Assembly: GCA_963924565.1 (NCBI GenBank)
Contig: OZ004613.1
Coordinates: 25,110,001 to 25,174,000, forward strand
DNA length: 64,000 nt
From: Ascidiella aspersa
Lineage: Eukaryota
Reading direction: 5' to 3'
Below the pieces are notes generated by a model. The model was not told the DNA's origin. It was given only the letters and a program-made list of their open reading frames with translations, and did no database searches. The position numbers were made by a program, and so were the translations under genes. Shown in pieces: positions 1 through 10,936 of this stretch (position 1 is the stretch's first letter; the number at the start of each line of letters is the position of its first letter).

Positions 1-1900
1 AACATTTCGTATTTCTTTTAAAATTTGCAATATGACCTTTACGTTATTAAAGCCGTTTGTTCAAGATACATTGCGCAGGGTTGTTTCTGTAAATCGTTCG
101 GCTGTTTTTTCATCGCGACATCCAAGTGGTTTAGAATGCGGATGTTGGACTTGGATCGAATCTTCTTTAGGATAACAAGCGTTATTTGATGCTGGCGGAA
201 TATGTTCAACCAGGTAAAAATAAACAACAAATATAGCTGAATTTGTTAACGGTACACACGGGTAAATATTGTATTTGTTGTGAGATAGGAGAGGCTCTTG
301 TAGTAACACTGGCGGTCCTGGAAAAACAGTTTTTTATCGAACCAACCAGAATAACTCGTATCTTTTTTAAAATTTGCAATAGTATCGACATCTACGTTAT
401 CAGGGCCGTTTGTGTAATTTATATTGCCTATAGAGCAATTAAGGGTGTTTGCTTAACGCGCTCGGCTGATTTTGTTTCGCCGAATCCAAGTGGTTACAAT
501 TGCGGATGTTGGACTTGGATCAAATCTTGTTTAGGATAATAAGCGTTATTTGTAACTGGCAGAATAATGTAAAAGAGTAAAGCAAACAAGTAGAGATGTC
601 CGAATGTGCATACGATTGTACATACGGCGCGTCCCAACAACAGCTAGATATAATTGTTTTGGTTTGGGCAAAGGTTCTTAAATTTGGCCCTTCCAGGAAA
701 ACCTTTCCTTTTAATATACAGATAGCTCGGATCTGTTTTAACATTTCAGGACTGTTTTCCTTCGTTTGATATTTTCTTATTTAGCCTTCAAGAATATTAC
801 ATGTAGTATATTGTTCACCACTTTTATCATTTTTTATCACAAGTAAATATTTAGTTTCTTTTCAGTTTTTTTTGTTCTTTTTTATGTAAAAAAAATAATG
901 CCGATTTTGACGTAACTGCGGTATTCTGAATTTTAGTGAGGTTGTATTAGATATTTTGTAACCTTCGTAGTTTGTTTTGCATAGCTCCCCTAGGCCTGAT
1001 AAGAGTTTGTCTGATCGTGTATTTTCCCAAGACTCTTTACTCTATTATTTGTACACAAACCAGCCATGCATAAGACTAACGCATGTTTGGCGTGATATGA
1101 ATAGGTTCATGTTTTTATTGGTGTATTAAAAAAAATTTGAAACTATTTTGTCGCACTGTAAACAGCAAATATAGGCCACACAATTTCCTACAAATATGCC
1201 GTATCGTATAGTATGCATTTCAAAAACTGCAATTTGCCAGTCTTGTAATGACGCACTTAAGTCGTTTTGGTAAAATAAATTGACTTGCCCTAATTCGTTT
1301 TTGACAAGTGATTTGACTTGGGCTTAAGTCTTGAGTATAATGAGTTAGGTTTAAATTTATAAGCGTTTTTTTCAACAATTATTTATAAAATTTAGCAATT
1401 TCTCTTAAACTTTTCACGTAAACCAATTAAATTGCTACGATCGAGTTGTTTTTTGTTGGTATTGTTCTTGGTTTCGTTTTATAGAGATATAAGTGATTTG
1501 GCTTGAAAATTACTTGCTCTAATTATGACTCGACTGGAACTTTACTTAGACAAATAATGTTTTGAACTGGGACTTGACTTGTTAATTTCTATAGAAGAAT
1601 TGCCTAAACTTCGGATGCTTTTAAATGACTTAACTGGGACTTAAGTCTATTAAAAATGACTTCTTAACACTGCAATTTTCATTTTGTTGTAGGTGGTGAA
1701 TCCAAACTAGAACCTCTAAAATCACAGTTCATACCGAAACACATAACTGTAAACCTTTGTAAAAGCTTTTATCACTTATATGCCTATCTTTACCGAAATC
1801 GTAATAGTTGTAACGCTCTATCGATTTGTGCAAAGGGAGATATGACTTAACCACGCATCATGTACCGCCACAAAACTAACCAAAGTCAGTCGGCCATTAC
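1..1900. repeat. Direct segmental duplicate of 8124-~10000 (upstream region of a minus-strand copy)
   Basis: Position 1 aligns to 8124 (offset 8123); near-identical ORF-track peptides at 39-230/8162-8353 and 520-744/8643-8867. Confidence 0.9.
1238..1672. mobile_element. GACTTG-rich degenerate MITE
   Basis: CAGTCTTG...TAACACTG ends, near-perfect 8-bp TSD CAATTTGC/CAATTTTC, many internal gacttg/cttaag motifs. Duplicated at 9362-9795 and 23627-24060. Confidence 0.6.
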
Positions 1901-1962
1901 CAGAGTGATCAAACTAGTTTTAAAATCAATATGCATACTTTTGTTTTAGTGAAACTCCTAAA

Positions 1963-2330
1963 TAGATATGTCCGATATTTTACATTGTATTCCGATACCG
2001 ATACCTGATATTTGAAGCAAATAACTATCGCGATCTGATCAGTTATAAAATAACGTCAATATTAGCCTATGCACAAACAACCAAAAACGTTAAGTTGAAA
2101 CATTCAAAAGTATTTTTTAGCATTTTACTTAAAATTTTCTTTGACAGTTAACATTTTTCTTACTTAATTTTAGTTGAATCTACTATTTTTTTATAAAATT
2201 GCATTTAAGGTGAAATCCGGTCTTAATTTGATATTGCACGGCGACCGATACCACTGAAGTATCGGACGAGTAGCGATACCACCACTGGCATCAGATATCG
2301 GCACCGATCCAATTTTATCGCACATTCCTA
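1963..2330. mobile_element. CCGATA/TATCGG-rich MITE
   Basis: Imperfect TIR TAGATATGTCCGAT...ATCGCACATTCCTA with clustered ccgata/tatcgg motifs. Related fragments at ~10020-10175, 10320-10456 and 22945-23400; related element at ~56700-57046. Confidence 0.55.
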
Positions 2331-2541
2331 ATAATGATCAAACAAGCAAAATAGATGAACATAAAACGTTCAAGGCAATTGTTACCTGGTTATTTGAACA
2401 AAATTCCGTTTAGCGTTAAGAAGTTTATTTACCTCCAGTTGTTTTTTAAATATTTTTTGACAAATTTACATTTTAAAAAAAATATCAAATTTTTACATTT
2501 TTGAAATACTAATCCAATGCTTTTACCAAAATACAAAATAC

Positions 2542-2873
2542 GTGTGGGCGCGTTGGCGAAGTGGTTAGCGCCACTGACCAGCAATCCTCAGATCCGGGGC
2601 TCAACACCCGGTTGAGCACTTTACTTACGCGCGGTGCTTGTGGGCTGAGCACCTGAAAACCGTAGCCCGAAGATCAAGCAGAGAGCGCGAGTCGCGATCA
2701 AGTTAATAATCTCTGCAACAGCGCGTCTACGAGCTGAGCTGGCGGCCGTGGAAGGAGAAGAACATCTCTCACTACTTTACAGACTTGTATACATGCTAGT
2801 GCAATGTATGGTGACGCGTGCATTGTATTGTGATGTATATGTAACGCGCACTCGAATATATATATATATATAT
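2542..2873 (+). mobile_element. tRNA-derived SINE
   Basis: 5' A-box-like TGGCGAAGTGG, degenerate B-box, GC-rich body, (TA)n tail, flanked by direct repeat CAAAATAC (2534-2541 and 2874-2881). Confidence 0.75.
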
Positions 2874-3193
2874 CAAAATACATAGTGATACTAAAACATC
2901 AACATTTTATTTCCTCCATGAACTAATACAACTGGTTTACCTATTCAAAGGTTTTTATTTTTAAGTTAACTTTCTTTTAGTTAACTTAGGGTTTTTCGTA
3001 AGTTTACTTTTAAGTATTTATTCAGATTAATATTAATTTCAGGAACAAATTTAAGTAAAAAATTCCGCCTACTAAAACCCGTAGATATAATGAAAACCAA
3101 TCCATATATCTTGTGAGATATGAACAAACAATATCTTCAGCGAATATTGTTAAATTCATTACAAAATACCAAAATATTTCTAGATGTCAGTAG

Positions 3194-3818
3194 CATGACT
3201 GTGGAGCTGAAGCCGGAGCTGGAGCCCGGAGCCCGGAGACCGGAGCCAAGCATTTACTCTGGAGCCAGAGCCGGAGCCGGAGCCATTTTTATTACTTTTG
3301 TGGATCTGGAGCCGGAGCCAGAGCCCTTTTTATTATATTTGTGTAGCTTGAGCCAATTTTCTATTTGTGATGCTAAAGCTAAGAAATTATATTTTGTTCC
3401 ATCTCCAACGTTAGTTAGCCAAAAGCAATTTTTAAAACTTTTCTTTTTTAAACTTTTTAAAAAAAAAGCCATTCAATAAGTGACTGGTGGCACCGGAGCC
3501 GAAGCCGGAGTCATTGGGTGTGTGTTTGATGGCTCCGGAGCTGGAGCCGGAGCCGGAGACAAAGGATGTGAGTTTTACTACTCCGGAGCTGGAGCCGGAG
3601 CCGGAGCCAAAGGATTGAGTTGTACGACTCCGGAGCTGGAGCCGGAGCAATTTAATAATTGCCTCATGGCTCCGGAGCTGGAGCTGGAGCCGGAGTTGGA
3701 GCCGGAGCCAGAGCTGGAGCCGGAGCTGGAGCCGGAGCTGGAGCCGGAGCTGGAGCCGGAGCTGGAGCCGGAGCTGGAGCCAGAGCTAATGCTATTTTAC
3801 GGTGGCTCCCCAGCCCTG
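3194..3818 (+). mobile_element. hAT-type MITE with internal GGAGCC/GGAGCT hexamer arrays (element A)
   Basis: Right TIR GCTCCCCAGCCCTG, degenerate left TIR CATGACTGTGGAGC, perfect 8-bp TSD GTCAGTAG (3186-3193 and 3819-3826). Confidence 0.88.
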
Positions 3819-3835
3819 GTCAGTAGTCCATAATA

Positions 3836-4215
3836 CAGGGCTGGGGAGCCACCGTAAAATAGCATTAGCTCCGGCTCCAGCTCCGGAGTCGTAAAACTCA
3901 TATCCTTTGGCTCCGGCTCCAGCTCCGGTGCCACCAGTCACTTATTCAATGGCAAGTTTTAAAAATTGCTTTTGGCTAACTAACTTTGGAGATGGAACAA
4001 AATATAATTTCTTAGCTTTAGCACCACAAATTGAAAAATGGCTCCAGCTCCACAAAAATAATAAAAATGGCTCCGGCTCCAGCTCCACAAAAATAATAAA
4101 AATGGCTCCGGCTCCGGCTCCAGCTCCACAAAAATAATAACAATGGCTCCGGCTCCGGCTCTGGCTCCAGAGAAAATGCTTAGCTCCGGGCTCCAGCTCC
4201 GGCTCCCCAGCCCTG
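3836..4215 (-). mobile_element. Same MITE family in inverted orientation (element B)
   Basis: Perfect TIR CAGGGCTGGGGAGCC/GGCTCCCCAGCCCTG and perfect 8-bp TSD CCATAATA (3828-3835 and 4216-4223). Confidence 0.92.
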
Positions 4216-4516
4216 CCATAATAGACCATAATTTTGAAATAAAGACATTTTTGAAAATATCTTTGAAAACTTTTCCTTTCGTATAAATTATTTCTATTTT
4301 TTCAGCGAGGCGACAGTTTTCAATATAGTGATCTCCCTGAACAACAAACTGTAAGTGGATTGTTGGATAAAAACAAACAACTCAAACAAATGGATGCTAT
4401 AATATATTTATTCGGAAGGGGAACATTATATCACAGGAAGTAATATAACGAGGTAGAGACACGTTTTAAGATGGAAATTTAAATGGGCCTCTTTCCCCGG
4501 AAAGCTAAACTTCTGT

Positions 4517-7316
4517 TCAATAGTAGACGTAGTAGTTTCCGCAGGTGCTGAGCTTGTAGTAGGAGCTACGACTGTAAAATGAAGAATAATACACATATTT
4601 AAAATTTCTCTGCTCGATGATTTAGAAATATAAAAATAAGCATTTTGAAAAAGAGTCAATTTATAAATTCAACATTTGAATATAAAAAAGATAGCATGGC
4701 TATTGTATAGAGGTCTGAATAACTCACCAGTACTGGGTGTAGTAGTAGCAGTAGGACTGGCTGGTGGGGTAGCACACACTCCAGCGAAGGTATCCTCCGA
4801 ACATGTATCTGGGGTAGCAGTAAGAGACTCTGCACTTGGAGCAGCAAGAGAAGTGCTGGACAAGGGCGGGGATCAGCTTAGCGTAGTAAGCATCGAACTC
4901 AGCCATAACGACGTTGCAACCAGAGACAAGCTTGTTGGCGTAGGCGGAACGGGATTGGGAGACGTAATACAAGTTGTAGTAGTACTGTCCGTGGAACTTC
5001 TCGAGCATTTCGTTGTACTTGTTCCAGTGGGCGACCTTGGCCTGCAATGCGATAAAGCAATACAGTGAAATACAGAACATTTTTTTATATTGTTATATCT
5101 AAATTGTAACTTACATCCCACATAGCGTCCTAGAAAGCGGTCCTCTTGGCGTCACGGTCATCTTCGAGCTTCTTCTTGTAAGCAGCAATGGAAGCAGCCC
5201 TCTTGCTAAGGCATGTGCTGTACTTTCCGATGACGGACTTGATGAGCTCAGCGGCCTTGGTCTTGTAAGCGGCGATGCTCTTGTCGAAGGTGTCCACGCA
5301 TTCGATGAGCCTCTGGGAAAGCTGTTCCTTGTAGAGAGCGACGGCATCGTCAAGCTTCTTCTTGAGGTCAGCGCTAAGTTTGGCAAGCTCCATACGCTGG
5401 GCATAGGTCAAAAAGGTGCTGCCGTTCCTGTATCACAAAACTGGTTATCTATTTTTTCAAACATAAATAATGGTAGTTTTTGGTTTAGTGAACTTACTGG
5501 CACACGAAGTAGGAGTACTTCATTCTGTAGATGAAGGCGTGTCTCTCCTTGATGATGGCCTCGTATTTTTCAAGGTATTCGTTGTGGTATCCGATCCACT
5601 TGAGCTTCCAAGCAACGAAGGTAGCGGTGTAAGATTTGATGAATTCGTCAACCTTGGCCTGCATTTCGGATTCAATCACAGCGGGGGTCTTGTGAAGGGC
5701 ATTGAGATCTGAAAGAAAATAATGTCATTGCATCATCTGATAATATACAATTAGATAAAAGTAATGTCTACTTACCACAAGTCTTCAAGTTCTTGAAAGT
5801 CATTCCCCTGAAGCAGTAACGGAAAGCACACAAGTTGAATCCAACGCGGCAGTATTTGCGACTGAAGGAATACCAGCATCCGAGGGAGGCACTGAAAATA
5901 CAATAACATTAGATATGACACTATTTTACAAATCTTATATGACTTATTGAATCGCACCATCCGTTGTAGTAGCTCTTCTTGTAGAAGTTGAGGCATCCGT
6001 TGGTCATGTAACAGCGGTAAGAACAAGTGTAGAATCCGATGAGCTTAGACTTGTAGGAGTTAAGTTTGGTGGTGTACTCGGCAATGCATCCACGAGCAAT
6101 GTTGAGTTCGCTGTTGTAGTAGTATGAGGTGACGTAGTTGATGTAGTAGTCGGTGGTGCTCTTAGTGCCTGGTAATCAAAAGTAAGGCATTCATTGTATT
6201 TTAAATCATTCAAGGTAATTCGAAATGAACTGAAAACAATTACAAATAAACTTACAGTAAATTTTCTGCAAAAGGTTCCTGTAGTAGCTGGTCTTGGTGG
6301 TGGCAACAGCAACCTTGAACTTCCAGAAGTTGGCAACGTAAGAAGCGATCCTCTTCTCCAAAGCGGTCTTGTATTCGGCGATCTTGGTGAGACGAGTTTC
6401 AAGGCACTTCTTGGCACTGAGAAAGAATCATTTGTCATTTAGCATTATTTTGATTTACATTAGTTAAATTTAATCCTTACTTTTCGACAATCTTGGCGTG
6501 GAAGTCGATGATCATCTGAAGCTTCTTGCTGAGCAAAGCGTTGTAAGCAACCAAGGCGTCGTATCTCATTTTGATAAGCTTGGCGGTGTATTCAACGATC
6601 TTCTCATCCCGCTCCTTGATAAGGGCATCCCTGTCAGCAGTGGCGCAGCTGAAAACGAATATAACGCAAAAGTCAGCAGTGTATTTTTTAAAACTTACAC
6701 TAGAAGGGAGATAAATTAATGTAGAAAGTTATTACTTTATATGAAAAAAGCGATATATAAAAATTGTCTTTCTGTAACTTACGACATCTTGTAGTCGTAG
6801 TAGATGGTGATGAACTTCTTGTAGGCTTCGATGTATTCGTTGGTCTTCTCGTAAAGAGCGTTGTACCAGGCAACACGCTTGGCAATCATCTCACTGGAGA
6901 TCTTGAAAAGACTCTCCTTGAGGAGGTTCTTAAGTTCTTCAACGACATCATCGACGGATTTCTCTGCACACAAGAGAAGTTTGAGTCTGTTGTTTTGAGA
7001 AAAATTTGTTGCATTTACCGTTTACTTACCAGACCATCCGGTCTTTCCGCAAGTATCATCGGGGTAAACCTTCAAGATGGGCTGGTAGAATTTGGTGGAA
7101 CACCAGGCGGTGTTGAAACTGATGCTAAACCTGTAGAAGGAGGAGCAGGGGAACACATTGAAGTTGCGTCCGCAGTAGTAGGAGTAGTTGCATTGATATG
7201 CGTTGGTGGCCTGCAAAGAAACAATACGTTATTTATTGACGATACATTTATTATTCAAATGTAGTACGTTTATTACTTACTGCAATGCAAGCCAAGAGAA
7301 CGAGTAATAACTTCAT
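4517..7316 (-). pseudogene. Copy 1 of the Tyr/Cys-rich secreted protein gene, with a premature TAG in exon 9
   Basis: ATG at 7316, normal TGA at 4517-4519, same exon structure. Exon 9 reads GCT TTC TAG GAC (stop at 5130-5132) where all other copies have TTC TAC, truncating at about aa 520. Could be a real null/truncated allele or a base-call error. Confidence 0.75.
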
Positions 7317-7386
7317 CGCTGTCGTTTTTCAACTTTCCTCCTTGGATAATCGAAACTGGACTGATTTCTTGTTTAAATCTCCCTGG

Positions 7387-7393
7387 TTATATA
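7387..7393 (-). promoter_or_regulatory. TATA box of copy 1
   Basis: TATATAA on the minus strand in the same context as copy 4. Confidence 0.7.
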
Positions 7394-7789
7394 GGCTTTT
7401 CCCGGACTTAGTTGCACGGACAAAAGACACAAATTGTGCACTCGAAGTGGTATTGTTTTGCCTGGCGCTCATCAGAGCAAAGTAGTTTTCCATTTCAAAT
7501 TGGTTGTTTGCACAGTATAACAACCTCTTACTGCATGTTGGTGTCGAAGCTGCAGTAGAGTGGCGGTTTCCATAGATCTGTTTTGCAAAATAGTTCTTAG
7601 ATGAGCGATGAGTGGTCCTGCTGAGCTACATTATTTTCGTAATTTTATGTTTGTTCTGTAAATTGTCAAATTAAACCCTATTGCGATTGGATTGCATAAA
7701 ACAACATTACTGGCACTTATTCCGTTACGGCAGTGGAACAATTCACCCTGCATCAATGAAGGGTGTTTGTTCAACGCATTTGACTATTT

Positions 7790-8690
7790 TTCATCGCGAC
7801 ATCCTTTTTTTAGGGCTGTTTGTTCAAGATACATTGCCTAGAACAGCGTTGTTTCTTTAACACGTTCGGCTGTTTTTTCATCGCATATCCAAGTGGTTTA
7901 GAATGCGGATGTTGGACTTGGATAGAATATTCTTTAGGATAACAAGCGTTATTTGATGCTGACGAATTACTTGCAGCCAGGTAAAAAACAAAACAAAATA
8001 TAACTGATTTTGCTAACGATACCCAGGGGTAAATACAATCGTGTTTGTTCTGAGGGCAGAGAGGTTTTTGTTGTAACACACCCACTCCTGGATAAACATT
8101 CATTCTTCTATTAATACTACACGAACATTTCGTATTTCTTTTAAAATTTGCAATATGACCTTTACGTTATTAAAGCCGTTTGTTCAAGATACATTGCGCA
8201 GGGTTGTTTCTGTAAATCGTTTTGCTGTTTTTTCATCGCGACATCCAAGTGGTTTAGAATGCGGATGTTGGACTTGGATCGAATCTTCTTTAGGATAACA
8301 AGCGTTATTTGATGCTGGCGGAATATGTTCAACCAGGTAAAAATAAACAACAAATATAGCTGAATTTGTTAACGGTACACACGGGTAAATATTGTATTTG
8401 TTGTGAGATAGGAGAGGCTCTTGTAGTAACACTGGCGGTCCTGGAAAAACAGTTTTTTATCGAACCAACCAGAATAACTCGTATCTTTTTTAAAATTTGC
8501 AATAGTATCGACATCTACGTTATCAGGGCCGTTTGTGTAAGTTATATTGCCTATAGAGCAATTAAGGGTGTTTGCTTAACGCGCTCGGCTGTTTTTGTTT
8601 CACCGAATCCAAGTGGTTACAATTGCGGATGTTGGACTTGGATCAAATCTTGTTTAGGATACCAAGCGTTATTTGTAACTGGCAGAATAA
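7790..8690 (-). repeat. The same three ~360-bp units upstream of copy 1
   Basis: Reverse complement of 24730-25650; ccaagtggttta..gcggatgttggacttggat at about 7890, 8245 and 8610. Two units recur at 1-560. Confidence 0.85.
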
Positions 8691-10936
8691 TGTAAAAGAG
8701 TAAAGCAAACAAGTAGAGATGTCCGAATGTGCATACGATTGTACATACGGCGCGTCCCAACAACAGCTAGATATAATTGTTTTGGTTTCGGCAAAGGTTC
8801 TTAAATTTGGACCTTCCAGGAAAACCTTTCCTTTTAATATACAGATAGCTCGGATCTGTTTTAACATTTCAGGACTGTTTTCCTTCGTTTGATATTTTCT
8901 TATTTAGCCTTCAAGAATATTACATGTAGTATATTGTTCACCACTTTTATCATTTTTTATCACGAGTAAAGATCTTAGTTTCTTTTCAGTTTTTTTTGTT
9001 CTTTTTTGTGTAAAAAAAATAATGCCGATTTTGACGTAACTGCGGTATTCTGAATTTTAGTGAGGTTGTATTAGATATTTTGTAACCTTCGTAGTTTGTT
9101 TTGCATAGCTCCCCTAGGTCTGATAAGAGTTTGTCTGATCGTGTATTTTCCCAAGACTCTTTACCCATTATTTGTACACAAACCAGCCATGCATAAGACT
9201 AACGCATGTTTGGCGTGATATGAATAGGTTCATGTTTTTATTGGTGTATTAAAATAAAATTTGAATATATTTTGTCGCACTGTAAACAGCAAATATAGGC
9301 CACACAATTTCCTACAAATATGCCGTATCGTATAGTATGCATTTCAAAAACTGCAATTTGCCAGTCTTGTAATGACGCACTTAAGTCGTTTTGGTAAAAT
9401 AAATTGACTTACCGTAATTCGTTTTGGTCAAGTGATTTAACTTGGACTTAAGTCTTGGGTATAATGAGTTAGGTTTAAATTGATCAGCATTTTTTTGAAC
9501 AATATTTTATAAAATTTAGCAATGTATCTTAAACTTTTCACGTAAACCAATTAAATTGCTACGATCGAGTTGTTTTTTGTTGGTATTGTTCTTGGTTTCG
9601 TTTTATAGAGATATAAGTGATTTGGCTTGAAAATTACTTGCTCTAATTATGACTCAACTGGAAGTTTACCTCGGCAATTGATGATTTAAACTTGGACTTG
9701 ACTTGTCAATTTCTGTAGAAGAATTGCCTTAAACTTCGGATGTTTTTAAATGACTTAACTGGGACTTAAGTCTATTAAAAATGTTAACCACACTGCAATT
9801 TTCATTTTGTTTTAGGTGGTTAATCCAAACTAGAACCTCTAAAATCACAGTTAATACACACACTTGTAAGCCTTTGTCAAAGCTTTTATCCCTTCTGTGA
9901 TTAAGTTTAACGAAATCCTGTTGTTGGCCTAACTTTCTGTCGATTTGTGGAAAGTCAGATTAAACTTAACCACACACCATAAACCACCACAATAATCATT
10001 TTTTTATAGATTTAAATTTTAAGGTGAATCGTGGCCTGGGATTGCAAACAAGGCTGAAATTCCGATCTTAATTCGGTATCGCACGGCGACCGATACCACT
10101 GAAGTATCGGGCGAGTACCGATACAGCTACTGGGCACCAGGTATCGGCTGCGATCCAATTTATCGCACATTCCTAATAACAATTGTCAAACAAGCAAAAT
10201 AAATGAACATAACCTTTCCAGATTATTGCTACCAGGTTATTAGGACATCACTTGCTTTGGCATTAAAAAGATTATTTACTTCCGGTTGTTAATCGACTTG
10301 TTTTTGATAAATTTAATTTTAAGGTAAAATCGCTGCCATGGATCGCCAAGCATGGCAGGAATTTTCTACATTGATATGGCACTTAACCGGCACCGTTACC
10401 GCGCTGGTATCTGCCAAACTCTCACTGACAATTGGCATCGGGTATCGGCTCCGATCGATATTATCGGTCATCCCAATTTCAAAGAAGCGTGATTTGACAC
10501 AATTTTATTAGAATTGTTTTTACTTTAATAAAATGAATTCCTACTAGGATTTTTTTTTTTTTTCAACAAATGTTTTCAAAATCATCAAAAGATACCAAAA
10601 AAATTTCTAGATGTCAATAGTCCACAATGGACGACAATTAGGCTATTTGCAATAAAGATTTATCTTAACTGAATAAAACTATAAAAAGACGGCTTTCCGT
10701 TCATACAAATTATTTATATTTTTCTGCTTGGCAACATTTGTGAGTGACCTGCCGTTATAACAAACTAAGTGGATAGTTTGATATAGTGAAACAAACGAAA
10801 CAAATGGATGCTATATATTTATTTATTCGGAAGGGGAAAGGAACATTATATTACACAAAGCAATACAACGAGGTAGAGACACATTTTAAGATGGAAATTT
10901 ATATGGGCCTCTTTCCCCGGGAAGCTAAACATCTGT

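Noticed and set aside
2545-2620. tRNA gene
   Set aside because: Degenerate B-box/T-arm, followed by a ~260-nt body, (TA)n tail and TSD; it is a SINE head.
3120-4229. ELEPELEP / GAGAGA / APAPAP low-complexity ORFs
   Set aside because: Translations of GGAGCC/GGAGCT hexamers inside two MITEs bounded by TIRs and TSDs.
6764-7264. Long antisense ORFs over the cluster exons (also 13206-13649, 26157-26684, 35725-36201, 45215-45715, 4676-5068)
   Set aside because: Shadow ORFs caused by the C/G-ending codon bias of the sense gene; they cross sense introns and have V/L/G/D-rich mirror composition.
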